Shown: positions 43,330 through 52,863, numbered from the stretch's first letter. The stretch: DNA of 57,501 nt from an uncultured Cocleimonas sp. (GCA_964585525.1 CAZPEE010000001.1:7050-64550); one strand, 5' to 3'. The notes: a model not told the origin generated them from the letters alone. Program-made: numbers and translations.

Positions 43330-43878
43330 TTAGTTTAGATTCCGGGTTAAGTGATTTTTTAATAAATACAGTGCGGCTATACTACGCCCTTCAGCAAAAT
43401 CATCGCGCTGGAGTAACTCATCAATTTTGTCGATTTTCCAGGGTACGACCTCGATTTCTTCCGGTTCATCACCGGGCTCTCGATGCTCGCTCAAATTTTC
43501 AGCAAGTACCACACTGGTTAGATGACCCATGTAACCCGGCGCCAGACTCAAGCGTTTAAGCAGGGTCAACTTGGCGGATTCGTAGCCGACTTCTTCCATG
43601 ATTTCACGGTTGGCGGCGTGTAAAGTCTCTTCGCCTTTTTCAATTTTCCCTTTGGGGAAACCCAGCTCATAACGATCAGTTCCCGCTGCATATTCACGAA
43701 TCAATAAAATCTCGTCACCCAAAACCGGTATAATCAGCACCGCGCCATGACCACGGCTGGCAATGCGCTCGTAAATGCGTTTTTCACCGTTGGAAAACTC
43801 CAGGTCCAGTTCTTCAATCTGGATCAGGCGGCTGGTCGCCACCGTGGTGACTTTGTGTATGATGGGCTTTTTTCTCAT
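43330..43878 (-). CDS. nudE: ADP-compounds hydrolase NudE
   Basis: LEFSNG..RIYER, Nudix box G.IE.GE....AANRE..EEVG; ATG 43878 (MRKKP). Confidence 0.92.
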   Translation of the reverse strand: MRKKPIIHKVTTVATSRLIQIEELDLEFSNGEKRIYERIASRGHGAVLIIPVLGDEILLIREYAAGTDRYELGFPKGKIEKGEETLHAANREIMEEVGYESAKLTLLKRLSLAPGYMGHLTSVVLAENLSEHREPGDEPEEIEVVPWKIDKIDELLQRDDFAEGRSIAALYLLKNHLTRNLN

Positions 43879-43898
43879 AACAGCGAGTTTACAGATTG

Positions 43899-44567
43899 AT
43901 GAAGGCAATTCCCATAGATTGGCAAAATATAAATACCGTATTTCTGGATATGGATGGAACACTGCTCGATTTGCATTTTGACAATCACTTCTGGCTGGAA
44001 CATATGCCGAAGCGTTATGCTGAAAAACATAGCATTACATTGGAAAAAGCACGCGAACAACTGATGGCAAATTACAAAGCGCATGAAGGCTCGCTAAAGT
44101 GGTATTGCCTGGATCATTGGCAAGAATCCTTGCAGATGGATATTATTAGCCTCAAGCATGAAGTGGCAGACCGTATTGCGATTCGCAGCAATGTGATTGA
44201 GTTTCTGGGTTTTTTACATAACATGGAAAAGCGCGTGGTACTTCTTACCAATGCACACCACAAAACGGTTCAACTGAAATTTGGCTATGTTGAGATTGAA
44301 CACTATTTTGACCGGGTGATTACGGCACATGATATTGGTCTGGCGAAAGAGCAGGCAGGTTTTTGGCAAGCTTTACAGAAAAAGGAAGTTTTCGACAAGG
44401 CGCATAGCCTGTTTATAGATGATAACCTGGATGTCTTAAACACCGCTAAAAGCTATGGTATTCGCTATTTACTGTCGATTAAACAACCGGACTCACAGCA
44501 AGATAAAAAAGATACCGAAGGCTTTAGAGCGATTGAGTGTTACACACAGCTGATGCGTGGCGCTTAG
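43899..44567 (+). CDS. yrfG: GMP/IMP nucleotidase (HAD family)
   Basis: LDMDGTLLDLHFDNHFW, WYCLD.W, FIDD. Confidence 0.92.
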   Translation: MKAIPIDWQNINTVFLDMDGTLLDLHFDNHFWLEHMPKRYAEKHSITLEKAREQLMANYKAHEGSLKWYCLDHWQESLQMDIISLKHEVADRIAIRSNVIEFLGFLHNMEKRVVLLTNAHHKTVQLKFGYVEIEHYFDRVITAHDIGLAKEQAGFWQALQKKEVFDKAHSLFIDDNLDVLNTAKSYGIRYLLSIKQPDSQQDKKDTEGFRAIECYTQLMRGA

Positions 44568-44568
44568 T

Positions 44569-44970
44569 TTATCTGACAGGAACAATGCCTACGTTTATTA
44601 CTCCAAGCCGTGTATCTCCAATAGATTGAAAAGCGGACTTTGATAAATCAATAATGCGTCCTCTAACATAGGGCCCGCGGTCATTGATCCTGACCACAAC
44701 ACTTTTTCCATTGGCGAGGTTGACCACCCTGGCAAACGTGCCAAACCGCAAAGTTTTATGCGCCGCTGTTCTGGCAGATTGGTCAAAGGGTTCACCACTT
44801 GCTGTGGGTCGGGATTGATATTTATCGGCATAATAAGATGCTTTTCCCGTTTGCAAAAAGACCAGCTTATTTGATGCTTGTTTTTGTGCGACACGGTGTG
44901 GGACACCGGAACAGGCAACCAGGCTGATGGAAAAAATTGCCATTAAAAGCAATCTGGCGAAGATCACCAC
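44569..44970 (-). CDS. RlpA-like DPBB lipoprotein (no SPOR domain)
   Basis: Lipobox VAC, G.ASYY, TASGE, TAAH.TL, RINDRGP, IIDLS. Confidence 0.88.
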   Translation of the reverse strand: MVIFARLLLMAIFSISLVACSGVPHRVAQKQASNKLVFLQTGKASYYADKYQSRPTASGEPFDQSARTAAHKTLRFGTFARVVNLANGKSVVVRINDRGPYVRGRIIDLSKSAFQSIGDTRLGVINVGIVPVR

Positions 44971-46904
44971 GAGCCACCTCCGCCGCCACCACCGCCTCCG
45001 CCGGAGGAACCCCCGCCGCCAGAAAATCCACCGCCACCACTGGAGCCAGGGGGCGTTGCAGCGTTACTGACAGAGGATGAAAAGTGCTGTATGCCGGATG
45101 GGTCGCCGTGATACCAGACGGGCGCGCTAACATTTAACTCGTCAAAGAAGTGTAACCAGTGTTTAGTCTCGCCAAATAAGACAGCGTAAGGCAGTAGTTT
45201 TTCAAGATAAAGAGGGTCTTCTGCGAGGCGGCGTTTTATTTCATCCTGTTTAACCCGCTTGATAAATTGTTTTAAGCCCAATAATTGTTTCTGTACGGCT
45301 GCGCCTTTAGGTGTGAAACGTCCCAGTTTTTTATAGACAAAAAAGAGGACAGCAATAAGCAACAGCAACACGCCAATCGGGCCAAAGATGAGTTGATTAA
45401 TGGTGAGACCTTTTTCAAAAAGCATTAACAACGGCATCATGCCAAACCCGGCAAAAACCAAACCAAATACTTTATTAAATAGCCCAAACCCCAGTCCTGA
45501 TTTGGCAAAAAATACAGACATGCCTGCCACACCAAAAACGACAGGGAAAATTAGCACGAAGACAGAATCAGCACCGAAACGCTTGTAAATAGTAAATACA
45601 GTTAAAGCCAGAACAGGCAGCAATAATAAAATACTTTTAATCAGGAATTTTGTGCGTACTTCCCTGGGGTTTTCTTGCATGTATCCGGTATTGGCAACCC
45701 AGGCGTAGAGCCGTTTGTTGATGGTATCAAAGCCATCTTTTAGTTTTTCTGCCTTGCTTCTTGAACCCGATTTAAGTTCAAACTGTGTATTGCCATTAAA
45801 TAACAGCTTGTTAAGTAAATAATCCTGGTCATCACTTAAACCTTCAGCCGGTTTATCGGTGCGGGTTAAAACGGTGGTGCTGGCTTTATCAATAAGACCG
45901 CCAATGATGGGGACTTCTTTTAATTTTTTATTAAATTCGGGTTCGCGTTGATCAATTTCCAGATAACCCAGGTAGCCAAGCTCCATAATGGCGGCAGCAA
46001 AATCTTCATTATCGGCACGTTTATCCAGTAACAAGCCGGAGCGCAATAAGCTAAGACCCTTGGGCGGATTATATTGCACTGCAATAGAGCGTTTATCAGA
46101 AAAACCTGAATAGCGTTTAAACTCGCGCCAGAAATAGGCAAGAAAGCCCAGTAACGCGAGCCAATGCCAGCTTCCCGTAAGCTGGTCGGCAAAAGACTGC
46201 TTCACATTATCCAGTCCATGTTGATCCAGTAAATTGGCTGGATAGGCAATTTCAACAGTGAGTCCTTCAAAAGGTTGTAGCGATCCAAGGTTTACTTGTA
46301 ACTGATGCGCGCCTATCCATTTGCTTGTTGCACTGGTTTGGGTCGAACCGTAAGCCCCGCTAAAGGTAGATACCGTGCTATTGGCTTTGGAAACAGTATC
46401 AGGCAGGAAAAAAGTGGCACGGATATTTTTAATGGGCACATTCCAGCCCGTGCCGATCACATTCCAGCGAATCGCATCTTTATCTTGGTTTTTTGCGGCA
46501 GGCAAAACGCCTTTTTTAACCATGTAGCTGATTCTATATTGGTGCTTGCCGCTAATGGTGCGGGATGGTGAACCGATTTTAAGGCGGATAATTTCACCGG
46601 CGTGTTTTGATTGTTTTTTCAGTTTTTTCCATTCGACAGGCTTACGATCCATTTCAACATGAAACGAGTTTAAGCCCAGATCCTTGATGGCTGATTTATA
46701 TTTTATGGTAAAGGGAATGTCGCGAAAAATGCCATGTTTATCAAGATTGCCAAAATCATAATCAATGGTTTCATTAATAAACAATTCACCGCTTTGTTTA
46801 ACGTCGATATTAATGTCATAAGCCGAAATTTCTTCGGCCCAGAGAGCGTTAACACAGCCAAACAGCGACGTTAACAACAACAGTGTAACAAGTAATTTTT
46901 TCAC
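44964..46904 (-). CDS. DUF2207-family membrane protein
   Basis: HGIFRDIP, RWNVIG..W, LLPYAVLFG, Gly/Ser tail ending GGGSW; next to lemA. Confidence 0.88.
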   Translation of the reverse strand: MKKLLVTLLLLTSLFGCVNALWAEEISAYDINIDVKQSGELFINETIDYDFGNLDKHGIFRDIPFTIKYKSAIKDLGLNSFHVEMDRKPVEWKKLKKQSKHAGEIIRLKIGSPSRTISGKHQYRISYMVKKGVLPAAKNQDKDAIRWNVIGTGWNVPIKNIRATFFLPDTVSKANSTVSTFSGAYGSTQTSATSKWIGAHQLQVNLGSLQPFEGLTVEIAYPANLLDQHGLDNVKQSFADQLTGSWHWLALLGFLAYFWREFKRYSGFSDKRSIAVQYNPPKGLSLLRSGLLLDKRADNEDFAAAIMELGYLGYLEIDQREPEFNKKLKEVPIIGGLIDKASTTVLTRTDKPAEGLSDDQDYLLNKLLFNGNTQFELKSGSRSKAEKLKDGFDTINKRLYAWVANTGYMQENPREVRTKFLIKSILLLLPVLALTVFTIYKRFGADSVFVLIFPVVFGVAGMSVFFAKSGLGFGLFNKVFGLVFAGFGMMPLLMLFEKGLTINQLIFGPIGVLLLLIAVLFFVYKKLGRFTPKGAAVQKQLLGLKQFIKRVKQDEIKRRLAEDPLYLEKLLPYAVLFGETKHWLHFFDELNVSAPVWYHGDPSGIQHFSSSVSNAATPPGSSGGGGFSGGGGSSGGGGGGGGGGSW

Positions 46905-46937
46905 TTTAGTGCTACCTATAATCCAAAGGATGGCTTG

Positions 46938-47501
46938 TTAAAGATCAATCTTGGGCATCTTGTTAACAGCTGCCGTTTCGCTTTCTTCCAGCTCAAAATA
47001 ATCGCGTGGCTTAAAGTTAAATTTTCGGGCAACAAATAAATCAGGGAAGGATTCCAGTTTGGCATTGTAGTCACGCACGATGGCGTTGTAATAACGGCGT
47101 GCATTCTGGATGGCATCTTCAATGCCAGACAATTCGTTTTGTAACTTGAGGAAGGTTGTATTCGCTTTAAGGTCGGGATAGGCTTCTGCCAGCGCAAACA
47201 GTTTACCCAAGGCACCGGAGAGCATATTGGCAGCAGCGGCTTTTTCATCCATAGTGCCAGCACTGACACTTTGCTGGCGCGCCTGAATCACTTTTTCCAG
47301 CGTTTCAGCTTCATAATTTTTATAACCTTTTACGGTATCAACCAGCGCCGGAATAAGGTCATAACGTCGTTTAAGCTGCACGTCAATATCGGATTCAGAA
47401 GAATCAATGCCGGCACGAAGTGAAACAAATTTGTTGTAGATGACAACCAGGTAGGCTGCAACGGCAACGATGATGAATAAAACTATATTTCCAAAACTCA
47501 T
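46938..47501 (-). CDS. lemA: LemA family protein
   Basis: IDVQLKRRYDLIP, AEAYPDLKAN, ARRYYN. Confidence 0.93.
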   Translation of the reverse strand: MSFGNIVLFIIVAVAAYLVVIYNKFVSLRAGIDSSESDIDVQLKRRYDLIPALVDTVKGYKNYEAETLEKVIQARQQSVSAGTMDEKAAAANMLSGALGKLFALAEAYPDLKANTTFLKLQNELSGIEDAIQNARRYYNAIVRDYNAKLESFPDLFVARKFNFKPRDYFELEESETAAVNKMPKIDL

Positions 47502-47668
47502 TTTTTGTCCTCATTAGTATTCTGGTACTCCATCAAACCAATATTGATGGAGTACCAAGTGTTTATCTTATCGCATGAATACTATATAGACGATGAATCA
47601 GTTTTAATGTGAATATTTCACATTCTTATCTTATTCCTTGTAAAAGCGTTCAACTGAGGAATCTAGAT

Positions 47669-48841
47669 TTAACCGTGTGCAACCAACAAATAAATAACCA
47701 GTGAAAATATTGCCACCATGGTACTGGTTTCAATCCAGTTGACTTTGCCATCATCCTGTACGGCTTTCCATAATATGAGCATTGATGGAAAGGCTAACAA
47801 AATGGCGCTGGTGGTATGGATATCAATGGGAATGACGCCATTGTGCATATCAACCGCAGGAATCATTCCAAGCTGCGTTAATGCGGCCAAAATGATCATT
47901 GCAATCGGTAATACCAGGAATGGAACCTGGGTAATGGCACCTGATGCGTTCGCCATCGCAATGCTGTATTTCTTTTGAAAATGTGCGGTTCCAATCATCA
48001 CAAATGCGCCTGCGGATGCAAATACACTTAACAGCACGGCACCAAACATTTCAGAATAACCTGCTGCTTCCAGTTTAGTGACCAAAATATCGGCAAATTC
48101 ACCCACCGAATGACCGCCAATGACTGAAGCCACCAGGCCCGAGAGGCTAAAGATAATAATCGCGCTAATGGGCATTAATCTTTCGCCGACGGCTTTTTCA
48201 ACCGGAACATCTTCTACCGACTCCGGTTTGTGCTCATGCGAAAAACGCTTTACCAAACGCATCACTGCAAAAGCCTGGATCAATAACAAGATCGTACCAA
48301 ACACATATAAGTCGGTTGTATTCAGTGAGACATCACTACTGCCGCGCACTGAAAATGATTTCATCAATAACATAATGGCACCCAGGCTAAAGAACACGCC
48401 TGCGGCAGCCGCGTATAAATCCGTACTCAATCCCACTAATGGCTTGGGTAGATGGGCATTGCCTTCAACATCACGCGGTAACATGCCACAGTACAAGCCA
48501 AAGGCTGCTACGCCTACATGTACGGTAAGTACTGTCACGATAAAGCCTACCCGGGGAGTTGCCATTAATACGAATGCCAACATCACCAGCTCGGGGATAT
48601 TGCTGGATAAACCTGCCATGGTCCCCGCTACAAAAGAGTTCATCTTTTTGCGTTTGGCATATCCATCAACTGCTTTGATCATCATTTCAGATGATGCAAA
48701 CACTACCAGTAAGCCGCCAACACCCAACAAGCCAGCCAATAACCAACTGTGGGTGTGGATCAAAAATGTGCCAATAGCCACCAGCGCCAAGCCGGTGAGC
48801 AATAGCCACAACCATTGTTTGCCTTGATGTGAATCTGTCAT
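47669..48841 (-). CDS. Ca2+/cation antiporter (CaCA/ChaA-like), divergent
   Basis: About 11 TM, alpha-1 repeat SNIPEL, alpha-2 region ANASGAITQV, C-terminal DGKVNWIE. Confidence 0.7.
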   Translation of the reverse strand: MTDSHQGKQWLWLLLTGLALVAIGTFLIHTHSWLLAGLLGVGGLLVVFASSEMMIKAVDGYAKRKKMNSFVAGTMAGLSSNIPELVMLAFVLMATPRVGFIVTVLTVHVGVAAFGLYCGMLPRDVEGNAHLPKPLVGLSTDLYAAAAGVFFSLGAIMLLMKSFSVRGSSDVSLNTTDLYVFGTILLLIQAFAVMRLVKRFSHEHKPESVEDVPVEKAVGERLMPISAIIIFSLSGLVASVIGGHSVGEFADILVTKLEAAGYSEMFGAVLLSVFASAGAFVMIGTAHFQKKYSIAMANASGAITQVPFLVLPIAMIILAALTQLGMIPAVDMHNGVIPIDIHTTSAILLAFPSMLILWKAVQDDGKVNWIETSTMVAIFSLVIYLLVAHG

Positions 48842-48877
48842 AAATGATTTAGCCCTATGTGTGAGAAATTGTCAGGG

Positions 48878-49747
48878 TTACCAGTTGAAAAACTTACCGG
48901 GGTTCATCCAGTTGCCGCTTTTGTTACTGCCACCACCAAAGGGGAAAAATTTACCAAAACCGTTATTTGATTTTCCTTCGCGTGGACGTGTAGCAAATAA
49001 TAACTGGTCGCGCTCAGCCGGAGGCAGGTCTTGGGACTGCATCACCTCATCAAAAATTTCCTGGCGATTACCCTGATAAGAGCGAACCTGTTTATTGCCG
49101 TTTAAACCGATAAAACGAATGATTGCCTGATATTTGTCTTCACCTATTTTCTTGATGGCAAGGCCGTTAAACTCTTTTGGGTTAGGTGTTTTTTGTGAAC
49201 CAATGGTGACAGGAATGTCCAGAATTTTTCCTTGTCGCGCAACGGTTAAGTTAACTTTTTTACCAGGTGTATCCTGCCTGACCAGTTTGATAAATTGTTC
49301 GGGATGATGCAATTTAGTGCCATTGTAGGCAAGCATCACATCAAACGGTTTCAGGTCGCTGTTTGCAGCAGGTGAATTAGCGGCAAAACTTTTAACCAAA
49401 ATACCCTGCGGGGAACCTTTTGGCAGTTGTGCGACAACAGAAGAAGGAACAACGTCAAGAACGATGCCAAGATAACCTGAAAATGGCTTAAACGGTTTTT
49501 GGGCTGTGCCTTGGGATGGTCGTGGCGGCGTTTGTAAATAAGGATTACCATATTGCCGAGCTGGAACCGCTGGTGGCATTTGTCCCGGAGCCATGGGATA
49601 GCCCGGTTGTACATAAGCAGGTGGCGGTGGCATATAAGCGCGGGAAGTCAGCGGCGGGTAAGGTGATTGTGCAGTGCTAATGCTGGTAACGAATGTGCTT
49701 AGCGTCGCTATACTTAACAGTAAAGCGGATTTATTCATTAATCTCAT
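48878..49747 (-). CDS. Exported PDZ-domain protein with Pro/Tyr-rich N-terminus
   Basis: Signal peptide, GYLGI, SPAA..DLK..DV...NG PDZ signature; no protease domain seen. Confidence 0.8.
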   Translation of the reverse strand: MRLMNKSALLLSIATLSTFVTSISTAQSPYPPLTSRAYMPPPPAYVQPGYPMAPGQMPPAVPARQYGNPYLQTPPRPSQGTAQKPFKPFSGYLGIVLDVVPSSVVAQLPKGSPQGILVKSFAANSPAANSDLKPFDVMLAYNGTKLHHPEQFIKLVRQDTPGKKVNLTVARQGKILDIPVTIGSQKTPNPKEFNGLAIKKIGEDKYQAIIRFIGLNGNKQVRSYQGNRQEIFDEVMQSQDLPPAERDQLLFATRPREGKSNNGFGKFFPFGGGSNKSGNWMNPGKFFNW

Positions 49748-49758
49748 AAGTGCTCTCC

Positions 49759-51033
49759 CTATCCTGGTGAAATATCCAGGCTCGTGTTTACCAATGTTTC
49801 ATTGGCAAATAATTCTGCAATTGTTTCCCGGGAGCGAATAAGGTGTGTTTTATCGCCATCAACCAAAATTTCGGCAGCGCGGGGTCGTGTATTATAGTTG
49901 GATGACATGCTAAACCCGTAGGCACCTGCTGAGCGAACCGCCAACAGATCACCCTGTTTTAGATTTAACGCACGGTCTTTACCAAGAAAGTCGCCGGTTT
50001 CACAAATCGGCCCAACAATATCGTAGACCTTTTTATTATCATTTGCCGCACTTTTATTAACCGGGATAATTTCTTGCCATGCCTGATACAAGGATGGCCG
50101 GATCAGGTCATTCATCGCCGCATCAACGATGGCGAAACTTTTTTCATCACCTTCTTTTAAGTATTCAACCCGGGTTACCAACACCGCAGCATTTGCCGCA
50201 ATAGCCCTGCCTGGTTCAATGAGAATTTCGTAATCCCTGATTTTCTGATTGGTAAATAATTGCTTTGTGTAATCTGAAGGCAATGGTGGTTGTTCATCTT
50301 TATAACGCACGCCCAGGCCACCACCCAAATCCAGGTGGTGAATGGTGATGCCTTGTTCTTTAAGGCGTTCTGCCAGTGCCAGCAAACGCTCCAGTGCATC
50401 CATAAAAGGCGCAACCTCGGTAAGCTGAGATCCAATATGGCAATCAATGCCAGATACTTTTATATTCGGCATTTTTGCGGCTTTAAGGTATACAGACTCG
50501 ACAATATTAATATCAATACCGAATTTATTTTCTTTTAAGCCCGTAGAAATATAGGGATGCGTTTTGGCATCGACATCAGGATTAACACGGATTGAAATTG
50601 CAGCAACCTTATTCACGGAAGCGGCAACCTCGTTGAGGCGTTCCAGCTCGGCTTCGGATTCAACATTAAAACAACGGATGCCGACTTCAAGTGCGCGTTG
50701 CATCTCATCGGCGCGTTTGCCAACGCCAGAAAAAACCACTTTGGCAGGATCACCGCCAGCAGCCAGTACCCGTTCCAGTTCGCCAACCGAAACAATATCA
50801 AAGCCAGAACCTAATTGTGCCAGAAGGTTCAGAATCGCAATATTGGAATTGGCTTTAACCGAATAACAGATTAGATGGGGCTGGTCAGCAAAGGCATCAT
50901 TAAAGGCGTGCCAGTGACGCTCCAGGGTGGCACGGGAATACACGTAACAGGGTGTTCCGTGAGATTTGGCAATATCACTAATCGCAACATCTTCAGCAAA
51001 AAGCTGATCATTTTTATAATTAAAATAATCCAT
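49759..51033 (-). CDS. lysA: Diaminopimelate decarboxylase
   Basis: YSVKAN, HIGSQ, EPGR, GPICETGD, SSNYN. Confidence 0.98.
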   Translation of the reverse strand: MDYFNYKNDQLFAEDVAISDIAKSHGTPCYVYSRATLERHWHAFNDAFADQPHLICYSVKANSNIAILNLLAQLGSGFDIVSVGELERVLAAGGDPAKVVFSGVGKRADEMQRALEVGIRCFNVESEAELERLNEVAASVNKVAAISIRVNPDVDAKTHPYISTGLKENKFGIDINIVESVYLKAAKMPNIKVSGIDCHIGSQLTEVAPFMDALERLLALAERLKEQGITIHHLDLGGGLGVRYKDEQPPLPSDYTKQLFTNQKIRDYEILIEPGRAIAANAAVLVTRVEYLKEGDEKSFAIVDAAMNDLIRPSLYQAWQEIIPVNKSAANDNKKVYDIVGPICETGDFLGKDRALNLKQGDLLAVRSAGAYGFSMSSNYNTRPRAAEILVDGDKTHLIRSRETIAELFANETLVNTSLDISPG

Positions 51034-51041
51034 AGTCGTTT

Positions 51042-51212
51042 TTATCGGGTTTTTACTGGAACAGGCTGTTTATTGTTAGCGGTGTCAGATGAAGGTAAAT
51101 ACAGCGCACCCTTATTACCGCAGCCGCTAAGCATTGAGCCAAGGCTAAAAATAAAGAGTCCTGCAATCATTATAAAAAAAAGCCAGTTCACCCAGCAGAT
51201 ATTTTTAAACAC
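51042..51212 (-). CDS. lptM: LptM/YifL small lipoprotein
   Basis: Hand translation from GTG: MFKNICWVNWLFFIMIAGLFIFSLGSMLSG|CGNKGALYLP...; CGxKGxLYLP signature, usual position upstream of lysA; not in the ORF track. Confidence 0.88.
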   Translation of the reverse strand: MFKNICWVNWLFFIMIAGLFIFSLGSMLSGCGNKGALYLPSSDTANNKQPVPVKTR

Positions 51213-51343
51213 ATTGATTCTCGTTTATTTAATCAAAATAAGGATTGTGAGTATAACGGCAATAGTGAAAATAGCGAATTCAAAAAAATTCAAAAATAAT
51301 GTAATTTATTTTGAACCTTTTTCTTTTAGGCTGTCGAACAATA

Positions 51344-51439
51344 TGTGCGAGGGTCATCCTTTCTTCGCACACGGTACTGGTGGGTTGCGGTTGATACACT
51401 TCAGCTGCGCATATCTTCTCCCCGTGATCTACCAGTACC
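51344..51439 (+). ncRNA. Candidate structured small RNA (unassigned family)
   Basis: 52/96 GC in AT-rich flanks; 10-bp and 18-bp continuous helices containing G-U pairs valid only on the plus strand. Confidence 0.5.
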
Positions 51440-51464
51440 AACTATCTTAATTTATAAAAAATAT

Positions 51465-51506
51465 AGATATAAAAAAAGAGAGCCGAAGCTCTCTTTTTTT
51501 ATATCT
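51465..51506. terminator. Bidirectional terminator (amtB; also serves any plus-strand RNA)
   Basis: AGATATAAAAAAAGAGAGC-CGAA-GCTCTCTTTTTTTATATCT; cUUCGg loop on the minus strand. Confidence 0.9.
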
Positions 51507-51576
51507 GCCTCTAACTCAAGCTAGAGGCAAGTTTTACAATAGTAACGACTACTCAGCGTAATGCTGAGTAGTTGCC

Positions 51577-52863
51577 TTACTTATTGGTAAACTCAGGGTA
51601 AGCCTCCATACCACACTCACCAATATCCACACCTTCGTATTCTTCTTCAGCCGAAACACGGATGCCGAAGATCACTTTGATAATCATCCAGGTGATTATT
51701 GAAGCAACAAATACCCAGACAAAGATAGTTGCAGCACCAACCAACTGACCGACAAAGTTTGTTTCAGGGTTAGTTAACGGTACGGCCATAAGACCCCAGA
51801 AACCAACTACGCCGTGAACCGAGATTGCACCAACCGGATCATCAATCTTGATCTTATCAAAGAACAGGATAGAGAACACAACGATTAGTCCACCGATACC
51901 ACCAATGATAGTTGCCATCAGCGGTGTAGGTGTTGATGGTTCAGCTGTAATAGCAACAAGACCGGCTAAAGCGCCGTTAAGTGCCATCGTCAAATCAGCC
52001 TTGCCAAATAATAAGCGTGCAACGATCAGTGCCACGATAACGCCACCTGCTGCGGCAGCATTGGTATTCAAGAACACCATGGCAACAGAGTTTGCATTAG
52101 CGATGTCGCCTAATTTTAAAACCGAACCACCATTAAAGCCGAACCAGCCCATCCAGAGGATAAATGTACCCAGTGTTGCTAGCGGTAGGTTTGCACCTGG
52201 AATTGGGTTGATTGAGCCATCAGAGCCGTATTTACCTTTACGGGCACCTAGCAGTAATACACCCGCTAATGCCGCAGCAGCACCGGCCATATGTACGATG
52301 CCGGAACCTGCAAAGTCAGAGAAACCGAAATCATCGCCCAGGCTAAACAGACCAAATACGGATTTTCCGCCCCAGGTCCAGGAACCTTCCATGGGGTAGA
52401 TGAAAGCCGTCATCACAATGGCGAACAACAAGAAAGACCAAAGTTTCATACGCTCGGCAACCGCACCGGATACGATAGACATTGCAGTGGCAACAAAAAC
52501 CACCTGGAAGAAGAAGTCGGATGCATTTGAGTAAACAGAATCACCCGTAAACTCTTTGCGGTCAGCAAATTCTTTTAAAACCGCAGCAGTCATGCCATCA
52601 GCATCTTTTGCACCATCCAGCGCGATATTTGCCAGGAATAAATCGCCGTCGTACATAATGTAGTAACCGACAACAAGATAAGCCGTACAGGCAATCGCAT
52701 ACAGCGAAATATTTTTGGTGAGGATTTCTGTGGTACTTTTAGAACGAACCAAACCGGCTTCTAACATGGAGAAGCCAGCCGCCATCCACATAACCAGCGC
52801 ACCCATGACCAAAAAGTAAAAGGTATCCATTGCATATTGCAATTCAAATATATTATTTTCCAT
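51577..52863 (-). CDS. amtB: Ammonium transporter
   Basis: SGAVAER, DFAGSGIVH, GWFGFNGGS, DDPVGAISVHG. Confidence 0.96.
   Translation of the reverse strand: MENNIFELQYAMDTFYFLVMGALVMWMAAGFSMLEAGLVRSKSTTEILTKNISLYAIACTAYLVVGYYIMYDGDLFLANIALDGAKDADGMTAAVLKEFADRKEFTGDSVYSNASDFFFQVVFVATAMSIVSGAVAERMKLWSFLLFAIVMTAFIYPMEGSWTWGGKSVFGLFSLGDDFGFSDFAGSGIVHMAGAAAALAGVLLLGARKGKYGSDGSINPIPGANLPLATLGTFILWMGWFGFNGGSVLKLGDIANANSVAMVFLNTNAAAAGGVIVALIVARLLFGKADLTMALNGALAGLVAITAEPSTPTPLMATIIGGIGGLIVVFSILFFDKIKIDDPVGAISVHGVVGFWGLMAVPLTNPETNFVGQLVGAATIFVWVFVASIITWMIIKVIFGIRVSAEEEYEGVDIGECGMEAYPEFTNK

Noticed and set aside
44964-45060. GC-rich Gly/Ser repeat
   Set aside because: Normal C-terminal tail of DUF2207 proteins
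51340-51445. Lysine riboswitch upstream of lptM-lysA, or SRP/6S/Rsm RNA
   Set aside because: Too short and lacks L-box motifs; pairing favours the opposite strand; no SRP GGAA/AGCAG core and no repeated GGA loops
50875-51450. Track ORF of 191 aa, and its 35-aa tail from ATG 51343, as a protein gene
   Set aside because: Antisense to lysA/lptM, no SD before 51343, and the RNA helices explain the sequence better; a peptide cannot be fully excluded without ribosome profiling
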